DNA of 64,000 nt from contig OZ242351.1 in assembly GCA_965208675.1 (NCBI GenBank), positions 3,808,001 through 3,872,000 of the forward strand. Reading direction: 5' to 3'. This document shows, piece by piece, positions 10,601 through 19,755 of this stretch. The notes under the pieces were generated by a model that was not told where the DNA came from, searched no databases, and saw nothing but the letters and a program-made list of their open reading frames with translations. Source of the stretch: Candidatus Poribacteria bacterium (lineage in GTDB: Bacteria; Poribacteria; WGA-4E; PCPOR2b). The position numbers and the translations under genes are program-made. Position 1 is the first letter of the stretch. Each line of letters opens with the position of its first letter.

Positions 10601-12020
10601 TGCCAACGTCTCGTTCTCGGTCACCAGCGGCGGCGGTACGCCCAGTGTGACCAACGCCGCCACGGACAGCAACGGCAGGGCGGAGAGTACCCTCACGCTG
10701 GGACAGAATCCGGGAACCAACACGGTTGAAGTGACCGTAACCGGAATTGAGGAAATGCGCAAGTTTATTGCTGAAGGCATCCTACCTGTGAAAAGGTCAA
10801 TGTTTACGTTGACAATCCCCGCGGGCACGCATGCAATTCATATCCCGTTGAAAGTTAGCCAGATTAACGGCGAAGACGGTACGATCGAGACCGTCGGCGA
10901 CCTCTACAACGCGCTTGGCGGAGCGGTTAATTTCATCATCTCGTACATCGGCGGTCAGCCGGTTATTTACCTCGGCGACCAGAGCGCGGGCGGCATGACG
11001 GACACGGCAATCGGCGGCGATACCGGTCTGATTGTCGTGATGAAGAACGCTGCGACGCTGGAAATCGGCGGCGTTCCGCTCGGTACTGCTGGCGTTTCCC
11101 AGATTGACATTTTCCCGGGGAACAATCTGGTCGGCGTACCGCTGGATCCTGCAGTAGACATGATTATTAGCGACATGCTGCAGGTTGCAGGCGTCACGGC
11201 AATCGCGGTCTCCAAAGCCGCTGGCGACGGATTTCATAGGATTACTGCCGCTGGGGACGAAGGCGACGGTCCTGTTGAAGGCGGCGACGGATATGTCGTT
11301 GTCTCCACCTCGGCGGGAAGGATTTCAATTCAGGGTTTAGCTTGGGAGAACGAAGGCGTCCCGATGACGGCGCCCGCAGTAGCCTTCAACCGTTCGCTGA
11401 CACCGGTTCTCCATGTTGAGGGCGGCGTTATGGGCCCTTTTGACATGTTGTCACGGATTCCCGAACTCCGTGTCACTGTGAAGAACCTGTCCACCGGCGT
11501 CTCGCTCGACGCCGTTCTCGGAACGGGATTTCCCGAGGCGGCGTACAGCGGCACGTTTGTTGAATTGAGCCGTCACGCGGCGATGCCAGGGGACGTGCTG
11601 GAAATCGCAGCGCATTCACCAAGCCCGTACGTCGGCGCACGTCCGATGCCGCAGATTGTCGTCAGCGCTGAAGAAGTGTTGACGAGTCGTATCAAGCTTC
11701 CCGACCTAGAACTCTATGAGATTCCGTCGGAGACTGAACTGTTGGCTAACTTCCCGAATCCGTTTAACCCTGAAACCTGGATTCCGTACCGCTTAGCGAA
11801 CGCCGCCGAAGTCACGTTGGAAATTTACGACGCTGTCGGACGCTTGGTGCGGTCCATTGATGTCGGCTTCAAACCAGCCGCTGTGTACGAATCGCGTGCA
11901 TCGGCGATTTACTGGGATGGTCGGAATGATAACGGAGAGACGGTAGCCAGCGGTCTCTATTTTTACCAGTTGACGACGCCGTCTTACAGTCAATTACGGC
12001 GGATGGTAATCGTCAAGTAA
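7605..12020 (+). CDS. Large secreted multidomain protein: zinc metallopeptidase, WD40 propeller, internalin-type LRR, two Big_1 Ig-like domains and FlgD-Ig/T9SS-like CTD (true start probably 7623 or 7656)
   Basis: HELGHAFGLGH + Met-turn (IMSY); WD repeats; L..L.L..N.ISDIS LRRs; TDSNGRAESTLTLG twice; NFPNPFNPETWIPY. Confidence 0.9.
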   Translation: MRRYLIMFILNEQRGIFMITHLSRFTLYAIIVYLASNTPILTVAAPQPSGENETHICGVFDYPLEKLHSRRFPIRRYARSFASILNAGEPRTVRLIYFTPNDWKYRADVVQKMKKDIHTAQSFFAEQMDAHGYGEATFRVEADSQGNPIVHHVNGKHPFSHYDNSLGSKVFSELQQTFDIHANIYFIVLGTDVLRRDNGVPAGGVGFNRGKIGGMALVPLDFDWGTVAHELGHAFGLGHDFRDGAHIMSYGPGWNRLSACSAEFLAVHPYFNPDIPIEKGEPPIIELVSPRRYPSGSRSIPVRLQVNDSDGVHQVLLSAQSALQSCRGLEGRRNSIAEFEYNGGFGFDGFTSLSESARHTILVHAVDTEGNVSNTSFTVAEQWEYHIDSLEGHTDAVRGISFSRGGILASGGWDRTVRLWDAAKRLNIATLEGHVNSVESIAFSPVGTLASGTVGAIWLWDIAAKQNIAAFRERTSYWVYGLSFSPDGKTLAAGTSDNTVELWNVETQQNFDTLPHTGVVFAVAFSHDGAILASGSEDGAVRLWDAANRKHIATLPHDDIVLSVAFTPDDRILVTGGRGDVELWDVPTKSSLAALPHGSTVSTVSFSTDGDTLASGGWDGIVKLWDVTTNENFVTFGRTSSIHSASFSPDGQTFATGTVEGTIELWDVSGLMELRLEMLAEVDIPDPYLRAAIAEALGKPRNAHIRRTNMANLILLRAINAGIFNLTGLEHATKLTHLFFRRNNISDISLAADLRNLTDLNLAENSVSDISALSELTNLRQLVLSGNSISDISAIAGLTNLAQVNLTNNSISDISPLTENSGLASGDEVYIRGNPLNYQSIHTHIPTLQNREVTVEFDNRTPQRIRIISGDDQLALPGTALGEPLAVEVRDEKGVVFEGVPVTFTVTTGNGILRTASAATDSNGRAESTLTLGPNPGTNIVAVSVTGIQGERTFNAEGIATPKTLEIISGNGQRGLPGARLEKPFVVEVRNQSGNPLPNANVSFSVTSGGGTPSVTNAATDSNGRAESTLTLGQNPGTNTVEVTVTGIEEMRKFIAEGILPVKRSMFTLTIPAGTHAIHIPLKVSQINGEDGTIETVGDLYNALGGAVNFIISYIGGQPVIYLGDQSAGGMTDTAIGGDTGLIVVMKNAATLEIGGVPLGTAGVSQIDIFPGNNLVGVPLDPAVDMIISDMLQVAGVTAIAVSKAAGDGFHRITAAGDEGDGPVEGGDGYVVVSTSAGRISIQGLAWENEGVPMTAPAVAFNRSLTPVLHVEGGVMGPFDMLSRIPELRVTVKNLSTGVSLDAVLGTGFPEAAYSGTFVELSRHAAMPGDVLEIAAHSPSPYVGARPMPQIVVSAEEVLTSRIKLPDLELYEIPSETELLANFPNPFNPETWIPYRLANAAEVTLEIYDAVGRLVRSIDVGFKPAAVYESRASAIYWDGRNDNGETVASGLYFYQLTTPSYSQLRRMVIVK

Positions 12021-12103
12021 ACAACGCGATTGACAGGAGAAACCTAGTTTTTTCTTTCAAAAACCAAACCTACAGAAATTCATTACCAATTACTCATTAC
12101 GCT

Positions 12104-12202
12104 TTACGCATTACTCACTTTGAATTTACAGTCATTGCGCCTGAATATTATACGATTGCAATTGGTTTGTGGGAAAGGCTTCCTAGCCTCGATTATCAAT
12201 CA
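12104..12202 (+). repeat. Repeat family B, long form, preceded by TTAC[GT]CA heptamer repeats
   Basis: About 100 bp shared with 16840-16937 (ACGCATT.CTCACTTTGAATTTACAGTCATT...AGGCTTCCTAGCCTCGATTATCAAT). Confidence 0.8.
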
Positions 12203-12331
12203 CATTTTCTAACGCAATCAAACCGGGTAAAGCACGCGGCGCATTGAAGTGTTTATCGTCAACACCGCTACGCCCAACCTACGAAACTTGTTCAATAATC
12301 TAACATTTAATCTAAAAGGGAGATTCAAAGG

Positions 12332-12838
12332 ATGTTTCAACACGTAATACCCCGCTGGTATTTGTGGTTAGTTAGCCTTTACGTAGTTCTCATTATTGTA
12401 TCAATCGGCTGTGGTGGTGATGAGGATGATAATGAATGGGTAGGAACTTGGGCATGGGAAACCATTGATGGTCAGAGTTTTGACCGGTCGTTCGTGGAAG
12501 AATTTGGCGAAGAAGGAGTAGATGTTTCCATTGTCACCAATAACTGGATTTTTGATAAGGATGGAACGGTGGAAGCGGAAATCGCTTTGAAGTTTGAAGT
12601 GGAAGAGGAGGGCTTGAAACTTTCAGGGCAAGGTTCAATGAATATGATAGGTACTTACTCCTTGTCTGGCTCCAATTATACACTTACACCTATAGCAGTA
12701 GAAGGCACCGGTATACTTAAAGAAGAAGTAGAACCAGTCGGTCCTACGGACGAAGACACCGGCACCTGGACGAAAAAAGGGAATACGCTCACACTAAGCA
12801 GCGATGATGGTACTACCATAGTCTTCAAAAAGAAATAA
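12332..12838 (+). CDS. Lipocalin-like lipoprotein
   Basis: Lipobox SIGC; WVGTW; GTW...GNTLTL...T.VFKK. Confidence 0.75.
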   Translation: MFQHVIPRWYLWLVSLYVVLIIVSIGCGGDEDDNEWVGTWAWETIDGQSFDRSFVEEFGEEGVDVSIVTNNWIFDKDGTVEAEIALKFEVEEEGLKLSGQGSMNMIGTYSLSGSNYTLTPIAVEGTGILKEEVEPVGPTDEDTGTWTKKGNTLTLSSDDGTTIVFKKK

Positions 12839-13061
12839 AGCCCAACACGGCTTGACACCGTTAACCGATTGAATTAGATGCAATTCCCGTTTGCTGCAAG
12901 TTTAACACACGGCGTCAGTCGTTGAAATATATCAATGATGGAAGTAAGGAAAAATGCACGGTTTGTGCGATGTGAACCGTAAATTAAATCTGCACAACCA
13001 CATTGATAGGTTGCGTCCTTTCACTCAAATGTCAACCTCACTTAACTATGGAGATTTCTAT

Positions 13062-13793
13062 ATGAAGCTAGGTTACACGCGCTCGATTGTGATGATTTTA
13101 GTTCTTCTTGTGTTTGGTTGCGCTGAAGTTGATCGAGAAGATCTTGATATTTTGCGGGAAGATTTCCAAACCGAAATTAACTCTCTGAGAGGCGAACAGT
13201 CCGGCTTGCAGAGCGATATTGAGGACGGACTGTTCACATCTCGGATGGCTCTTGAAGATCAAATCTTTACCTTTAGAGATGACGTTGACAAAAGGTTTAC
13301 GCCCTTAGAAGAATCGTTAGGTTCCGGCGGGCCTTTCGTTTCACGTGTGCCCGACCGTGTCACCATCACGGAAATAGAGGTCACGAACGAATATGAATTC
13401 GGTCGGCTTGAAATTGAGGTACACATTTATGACCGTGCAGATAATTTTATTGCTTGCTCCGGTCAAATAAACGGATTAGAACATGTCGACGGGTCGGACA
13501 GGCTCTACTCCGTGGGCGCCTTTTTCAATAAGTCCGACGGCGGTTATCTGACGTACGACGATCTGCAGGATAAGGTGATATATCTTGTCGTTATTGAGGA
13601 TGATTCGTTGCCTTGTCCGGAACCGGGCGGAGTTGATTTCCCATTTTCGGACGACTTCGTCGGTAAGACCGAAACCTTTCGGGGACAAGACGTCGCCGGG
13701 ACAAAAGCCTTGCAGTTCGACGACGTAACCCAGTTAACCGTCACTGTTTCGTTAACATGGAAACCAATTAATGATAACCGCGCAAAATCCTAA
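13062..13793 (+). CDS. Hypothetical lipoprotein (coiled-coil followed by C2-like beta domain)
   Basis: RBS GGAG, lipobox VFGC, heptad-like segment, then V.EDD...DD.VG. Confidence 0.65.
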   Translation: MKLGYTRSIVMILVLLVFGCAEVDREDLDILREDFQTEINSLRGEQSGLQSDIEDGLFTSRMALEDQIFTFRDDVDKRFTPLEESLGSGGPFVSRVPDRVTITEIEVTNEYEFGRLEIEVHIYDRADNFIACSGQINGLEHVDGSDRLYSVGAFFNKSDGGYLTYDDLQDKVIYLVVIEDDSLPCPEPGGVDFPFSDDFVGKTETFRGQDVAGTKALQFDDVTQLTVTVSLTWKPINDNRAKS

Positions 13794-14054
13794 AATTGGA
13801 TATCATTCCGAATAGGTTACGGGTAATGCAGTGAAAATGCAGAGAGATTGAGTCAGATATGAGGCACCGCCTTGGCGAAAATACAGGCTTCCGCATCAAA
13901 TCAACTCAATCCCGCCGAAAAGCGGTGCCGCTCAAAGCGTTGTCTAAACTGCATAATCCAACACACAAAAACTTAAATCCCGTAAATCCTGATTCAGACG
14001 TTTTACACGAACACCCAATCACCATCTACAGGCAACACAACAAAGGAGTCTTTC

Positions 14055-16745
14055 ATGACAATTATTCAGATTAAACCCAATTTTTTGTATTACACGTTCA
14101 CGTTGTTAATTTGCCTCAATTCCTTGTTCCTAAGTGACACGGCTGCACAAGACAATACTGAAACAGTTGCCGACTATACCTTCGAGAGTATTGAAGTTTC
14201 GGATGTAGACTTTTTAGCGTTGACCGCCAGCAACGACTTCGAGGATTACGCTGGATATACGAAAAGTGACGATGGCGAAAAAGAGGTCGGTTTTACGCTC
14301 ATTGATGGCTTTTTTACGCGCCACGATTTCCCCGGCTCGCGGAAAACTCACTTCTATGCGTTGGGTAATGACGGGACAGCCGCGGGGCACTACGAGGATA
14401 GCGATGGTCTGTATCACGGTGTCGTCTTGGAAAATGGTGAACTCCGGCGATACGATTTTCCTGATGCCGTCCAAACAGAGATATACGGTATTTCCGACGC
14501 GACGGGAACGCTGACGGGCAATTTTATTGACGCAACCGGCGTTCGTCGCGGCTTCTCCGGAGATACCGTTGTTGAAGTCCCCGGAGCAGTGGAAACTCAT
14601 GCTTTTTTTTCGACCGCATCGGGCGCTGTTGTCGGTAGTTACGTAGACAGCGACGGCACATATCAGGCATACGTGCGCGCCCCGGATGGCAGGTTTATAT
14701 TTGCCGACGCTCTCGACGTATCGAATTTAGAGTATCTGTTTCCATACGGCGTCAACGATGTAGGGGTGGCAGTGGTTCGCGCCAAACAGGTGGGCGATAT
14801 CCCGCGCACATACGTCGGTAGATTCGGCGGGCTGCATGAATTGCGGGTGCCTGACAGTATTATCACAGACGGCTGGAATATCAATCAGGATGGCTCTGTC
14901 GTCGGATACTATGACTCCGCGGACGGGCGTAGACGCGGGTTTATCGCCACGCCTGCTGCGCCCGGCGGGGATCGGCCCGTTGTCACGCCTGACCTCCTCG
15001 ACTACACTTATACTTTTGAGAGTATTGATGTTCCCGGCGTTGAATTTTTAGCGTTGACGGCAAGCAGCGATTTCGAGGATTACGCCGGCTACACGCGATC
15101 TGCCGATGGTGAAAAAATAGTCGCCTTTACGCTGATTGATGGCGTTTTTACGAGGTATGATTTTCCAGATTCCAAGAACACTTATTTCTATGCGCTCGGT
15201 AACGATGGGACCGCAGCCGGATACTACGAGGATAGCGAGGGATTCCACCACGGTGTCGTCTTAAAAAATGGCGAACTGCGGCGATACGATTTTCCGGATG
15301 CCGTCCAAACGGAGATATACGGTATTTCCGATGCGACAGGTGCACTGACGGGCAATTTTATCGACGCTGCCGGCGTACGGCGCGGCTTTTCCGGGGATAC
15401 CATCGTTGAAGTCCCCGGCGCAGCGGAAACTTATGCGGATTTTGTGAGCGGGTCAGGTGCCGTTGTGGGCAGCTACGTGAACAGTGACGGCACATATCAG
15501 GCATACGCTCGTGCTCCGGATGGTAGATTTGGTTTTGCCGACATCTTATCAGCCGCGGATTTCGAGTACATTTTTATGCACGGTATCAACGATGTAGGGA
15601 TTATCGTTGGGCGAGCCAAACAAGTGGGAGACGCACCGCGCACATACGTGGGCAGATTCGGGGAACCGCATGAATTGAAGGTTCCCGGCAGTGTAAGCAC
15701 GGAAGGGTGGAATATCAATCAAGACGGCTCTGTCGTCGGGCACTTTGACTCGGCAGATGGACGCCGACACGGGTTTATCGCCAGACCCGTTGCCGAGGAA
15801 GTGAGTGATTATTTCGGTAACGCCTACAACGTCACGCTGTCGAAAGGTTTGAACATGATTTCCGTGCCGTTAGCGCCGTCAACGCCGATGAGCGCCAAGT
15901 CGCTCGCAGGGTTGACAGGAGCGACAACCGTCATCACAATTGATTCGCCAATCCAGCGGTTCATCGCATGGACACCCGATGCGCCTGATGACGGTTTCCC
16001 AATCGAAGGCGGCGACGGTTATATCGTCAATGTCCCGGAAACCCGCAACTTCGCCTTCGTCGGTGCGCCGTGGACAAGTCAATCTGAGCCTGCCGCAGCG
16101 GCACCCACCATTACCCCCTTGATAAGGGGGGACAGGGGGGTTGCTCAAAACGCGTGGGCGTTCGTTGTAAGTGGACACTTGGACGGTGTGCCGTCGTTTG
16201 AAGGCTATCAGGTGTCCGTCCGCAACCTGCGAACAAACAGCACGATAACCGCGCCGGTGCAAGGCGATTACTTCGCCGCTGCAACCGCAAACCTGTCGCG
16301 GCGGAGCGTTGTCGAAGCCGGAGACGTGGTTGAGTTGCAGGTCGTCGGACCTGGCGGGGTTGTTGAATCTCAAACCGTAAGTTACAAAGTGACCACTGAA
16401 CACATGGCAGACGCCGTAATGTCCGTCAGGCTTGACGGTATCGGTAAACCGAAACTGACGCAGTTGTTGCAGAACTACCCGAATCCGTTTAATCCGGAAA
16501 CGTGGATTCCGTATCAACTCTCGGAAGATAGTCCCGTATGGGTATCCATATATGATACAACCGGTAACTTGGTTCGCACGCTTTCAGTCGGTTTTCAATC
16601 CGCAGGTTTTTACAATAGCCGGGAGCGTGCCGCGTATTGGGACGGACGTAACAACATGGGTGAGCAGGTTGCTTCTGGTGTTTACTTTTACAGATTGCAT
16701 ACCCCGGTCTTTTCAGCCACCCGAAAGATGCAGATTATGAAGTAG
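14055..16745 (+). CDS. Secreted protein with two tandem ~280-aa beta-propeller-like repeats and FlgD-Ig/T9SS-like CTD
   Basis: Signal peptide; duplicated YTFESI...GWNINQDGSVVG...GFIA unit; NYPNPFNPETWIPY tail. Confidence 0.85.
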   Translation: MTIIQIKPNFLYYTFTLLICLNSLFLSDTAAQDNTETVADYTFESIEVSDVDFLALTASNDFEDYAGYTKSDDGEKEVGFTLIDGFFTRHDFPGSRKTHFYALGNDGTAAGHYEDSDGLYHGVVLENGELRRYDFPDAVQTEIYGISDATGTLTGNFIDATGVRRGFSGDTVVEVPGAVETHAFFSTASGAVVGSYVDSDGTYQAYVRAPDGRFIFADALDVSNLEYLFPYGVNDVGVAVVRAKQVGDIPRTYVGRFGGLHELRVPDSIITDGWNINQDGSVVGYYDSADGRRRGFIATPAAPGGDRPVVTPDLLDYTYTFESIDVPGVEFLALTASSDFEDYAGYTRSADGEKIVAFTLIDGVFTRYDFPDSKNTYFYALGNDGTAAGYYEDSEGFHHGVVLKNGELRRYDFPDAVQTEIYGISDATGALTGNFIDAAGVRRGFSGDTIVEVPGAAETYADFVSGSGAVVGSYVNSDGTYQAYARAPDGRFGFADILSAADFEYIFMHGINDVGIIVGRAKQVGDAPRTYVGRFGEPHELKVPGSVSTEGWNINQDGSVVGHFDSADGRRHGFIARPVAEEVSDYFGNAYNVTLSKGLNMISVPLAPSTPMSAKSLAGLTGATTVITIDSPIQRFIAWTPDAPDDGFPIEGGDGYIVNVPETRNFAFVGAPWTSQSEPAAAAPTITPLIRGDRGVAQNAWAFVVSGHLDGVPSFEGYQVSVRNLRTNSTITAPVQGDYFAAATANLSRRSVVEAGDVVELQVVGPGGVVESQTVSYKVTTEHMADAVMSVRLDGIGKPKLTQLLQNYPNPFNPETWIPYQLSEDSPVWVSIYDTTGNLVRTLSVGFQSAGFYNSRERAAYWDGRNNMGEQVASGVYFYRLHTPVFSATRKMQIMK

Positions 16746-16749
16746 CAGG

Positions 16750-16786
16750 AGAAACCGAGTTTTTTCTTCAAAACTCGGTTTCTTTC
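16750..16786 (+). terminator. Hairpin terminator, copy of 2728-2766
   Basis: AGAAACCGAGTTTT / AAAACTCGGTTTCT immediately after the stop codon. Confidence 0.75.
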
Positions 16787-16839
16787 TGAATTCTACTTTC
16801 TAACGCAATCAAGCCGCGTACCGCATTACGCATTAGATT

Positions 16840-16937
16840 TTACGCATTGCTCACTTTGAATTTACAGTCATTCCGACTAAAAAGTTATACTTTTACAATT
16901 AGTTTGTGGGAGAGGCTTCCTAGCCTCGATTATCAAT
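16840..16937 (+). repeat. Repeat family B, long form
   Basis: Matches 12104-12202 and 4823-4864. Confidence 0.8.
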
Positions 16938-17051
16938 GTTGCTTTTGGGCCGTGTTGGATTCGCGACCCTAGCAAATTATTCCCAAGACGGACGCACTGG
17001 GCGTTATCACCAATGTTGAAGTGTTTGTCGTGCCAAAGGAGGAAATACTCA

Positions 17052-17594
17052 ATGTTAAGCGGCCAGGAATTTAGGCAGTTTGACGAAGAACTTAATCGCA
17101 CAATCAATGTCTTGATGGAGATTTCCACTGCGGTAAGACACGCTTATCCGCCCAACGATCGTATTCACTCGATTGTCCGGACCGCTTCCGATGCGATAAG
17201 CGGTCTCCAAGAGATGCGAACCGAACTGGAGCAGTTACGGTTTAAGGAGCACACGCCGCCGACCCCAACAGACATGGACGCTTTTTTCCAACGGCTAATG
17301 CCGCGTGTTTTGGGCTTGCACGGGGTTGAGGCGTTTAACCGAGAATCGGATGGTAGTATCGGCTTCAAAGCTCCGAAGTTGATGAGAACACAGTTTTTAT
17401 CTGTCTGCCAATACCTGAAACACGTGACGATGTACCTAAAAATGCCTTTCGACAACATCACGGATCCTCATGAAATGTGCGAGAAAAAGGACTACGGTTG
17501 GACCGTTGTAAAATTGAAGTCGGTCGAGAATCTCGACTATGTTATGGGGCTGATTCAACAAGCATATGATTTCAATCTAATTGGGAGGAGCTAA
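17052..17594 (+). CDS. Hypothetical protein with DUF5655-like C-terminal domain
   Basis: RBS AAGGAGG; C-terminus I.DP...G...V.L.S.E.LDYVM.LI.QAY resembles DUF5655. Confidence 0.55.
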   Translation: MLSGQEFRQFDEELNRTINVLMEISTAVRHAYPPNDRIHSIVRTASDAISGLQEMRTELEQLRFKEHTPPTPTDMDAFFQRLMPRVLGLHGVEAFNRESDGSIGFKAPKLMRTQFLSVCQYLKHVTMYLKMPFDNITDPHEMCEKKDYGWTVVKLKSVENLDYVMGLIQQAYDFNLIGRS

Positions 17595-17603
17595 CACGTT
17601 AAG

Positions 17604-19730
17604 ATGAGAATTACGGAATTAGAAGCTGAAAACAAGCAACTGCGGGAGCAATTGGTACAGATGAGAACGATTCTCGACGGTCTAAGCGAGGGCGTTGTTG
17701 CCTCAAATACAGCCGGTGAATTTCTGATTTTCAATGTGACGGCTGAGAATATGGTCGGCATTGGTGAAACCGACAACCCTCCGGACGAATGGAGCGATCG
17801 TTACGGCGTTTTTTATCCGGACACAATTACCCCCTTTCCTAGCGACAATCTCCCTTTGGTACATGCAATACGGGGGAAAGTCACAAACGGTGTGGAGCTG
17901 TTTGTTCGCAATGCAAAAAAACCGGAAGGGGTTTTTATCACTGTAAGTGGGCGGCCACTGCACGATTCGTCGGGTGAATTGATTGGAGGAGTGATTGTGA
18001 TGCGCGACATCACCGCGCTGAAAGCCATGGAAGCCAAACTTGATGAATCGAGGGCTAACCAGCAAAGGCAATCCAGGTTGTTAGATACCGTTTTCAACAG
18101 CATCAGCGATGGCGTGATTGTCGCAGACGATTACGGAAAATATGTGTTCTTCAACAAACGAGCTGACGAGATGGGGGCAAAGAAACTGCGCGGCAAACAT
18201 ACCAAGGATGCGCCTCGGCAGATTGGTCTGTTTCAACCGGACGGGGAGTCGGAGTTCCCCGTAAACAAACTTCCGCTTGCGTTGGCGCTGCTGGGGGAAA
18301 ACACGGATAACATTGAGATGCTGCTGCGGAATGAGACACAACCGGAAGGCATCCATGTGAGTATCAGCGCGCGCCCCATATTGAACAAGAAGGGACATGT
18401 GGTGAGTGCGGTTGCCGTAATACGCGACATTACGCAGCTCAAGAAGACTGAGGAACGGCTGAAAAACTCGATCGCTGAACTTGAACGCCAAACTCAACTC
18501 CTGGAATCGGTCTTTAACAACATCAGTGACGGCATAGTCGTTGCCGATAAAAACGGCAATTTGACCATGTTCAATCCGCGGGCCGAACAGATAGCCGGCG
18601 GACCGCAGCTTGAAGTCCCCATCAACGACTGGACGCAAAAATACGGGATGTATTATATGGACAAGGAAACGCCGTTCCCGACCGATGAGCTTCCACTGAC
18701 CCGCGCCATCCGCGGTGAATCAACAAATAACGTCGAAATGTTTGTGCAAAATCCCTCTATACCGGACGGCGCGTATCTCAACGTCAGCGGAAGACCGCTG
18801 CGGGACGACAGCGGTGAACAACAAGGAGGCGTCGTTGTTTTCCACGACGTAACGGATAAAGTGCGTGCCGCCGAACATTTGAATCAAGCGTTCGCACAGG
18901 GGCGGTTGGAGGTCGTCGATACCATCTTGCACAATATCGGCAATGCCATCAACAGTGTCGCAGTCGGCACTGATACCGTCTACGAAATGCTTGCCAGCGA
19001 CAAACTGTCAACCCGGCTCGCTGCCCTCGCCAACGCACTCGAAGCGCATCGAGAGGATTTGGGTGAGTATGTTACCAATCACCCGCAAGGCCAAAAAGTT
19101 TTGCCCTTCATAAAGGCGTTGGCAACCGACCTGCACGAGGTTGACGCCGACTTGAAGCGGAGGGTCGAGCGTATTCGGAACCGTACCAATCATATCGTGG
19201 ACATCATCCGGACACAGAAATCGCATGGCGACGCCCGCGATAACCGCAAAGATATCCATCTTGCCGAAGCACTTTCATCGGCTATCAATGTATTGCAGCA
19301 CTCTATCGATAAGCGCGGCATAGAGATTGAGATAGACTGTGAAGGAGCGATTGATGAGATTCGGATACAGGAGAGCCAGTTTCATCAGATGATAGTCAAT
19401 ATGGTCAAGAACTCGATTGAAGCCATCGATGAGATTGCAAAATCGGGGGAATTGGACGAGATGCCCTTTATCCGAATTCGAGCGCACAGTGATGCGGATT
19501 CCTTGCGCATTGATTTTACCGACAATGGGATAGGGATAGACCCCGACCAATCCAGGACAATCTTTACGCCAGGTTATACCACCAAACAGAAGGGCACGGG
19601 GCTGGGGCTGCATTCGAGCGCGAATTTCGTGATTGCAATCGGAGGCAAGATTAGCGCATCAAGCGGCGGCCATGGAAAAGGGATGACAATCCACGTCCAG
19701 CTGCCCTGCTCCAGGATTCTGCCCGATTAA
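17604..19730 (+). CDS. Cytoplasmic sensor histidine kinase with three PAS domains
   Basis: Three ISDGV.VAD..G....FN / LPL..A.RGE repeats; H-box LHNIGN; N-box KNSIEA; DNGIG, GTGLGL. Confidence 0.9.
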   Translation: MRITELEAENKQLREQLVQMRTILDGLSEGVVASNTAGEFLIFNVTAENMVGIGETDNPPDEWSDRYGVFYPDTITPFPSDNLPLVHAIRGKVTNGVELFVRNAKKPEGVFITVSGRPLHDSSGELIGGVIVMRDITALKAMEAKLDESRANQQRQSRLLDTVFNSISDGVIVADDYGKYVFFNKRADEMGAKKLRGKHTKDAPRQIGLFQPDGESEFPVNKLPLALALLGENTDNIEMLLRNETQPEGIHVSISARPILNKKGHVVSAVAVIRDITQLKKTEERLKNSIAELERQTQLLESVFNNISDGIVVADKNGNLTMFNPRAEQIAGGPQLEVPINDWTQKYGMYYMDKETPFPTDELPLTRAIRGESTNNVEMFVQNPSIPDGAYLNVSGRPLRDDSGEQQGGVVVFHDVTDKVRAAEHLNQAFAQGRLEVVDTILHNIGNAINSVAVGTDTVYEMLASDKLSTRLAALANALEAHREDLGEYVTNHPQGQKVLPFIKALATDLHEVDADLKRRVERIRNRTNHIVDIIRTQKSHGDARDNRKDIHLAEALSSAINVLQHSIDKRGIEIEIDCEGAIDEIRIQESQFHQMIVNMVKNSIEAIDEIAKSGELDEMPFIRIRAHSDADSLRIDFTDNGIGIDPDQSRTIFTPGYTTKQKGTGLGLHSSANFVIAIGGKISASSGGHGKGMTIHVQLPCSRILPD

Positions 19731-19755
19731 CACGCCAACCGGAGCACTGTAGACA

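Noticed and set aside
34-16745. CTD copies or array junctions as DGR template/variable repeats
   Set aside because: Differences are not adenine-specific and no reverse transcriptase is encoded in the window
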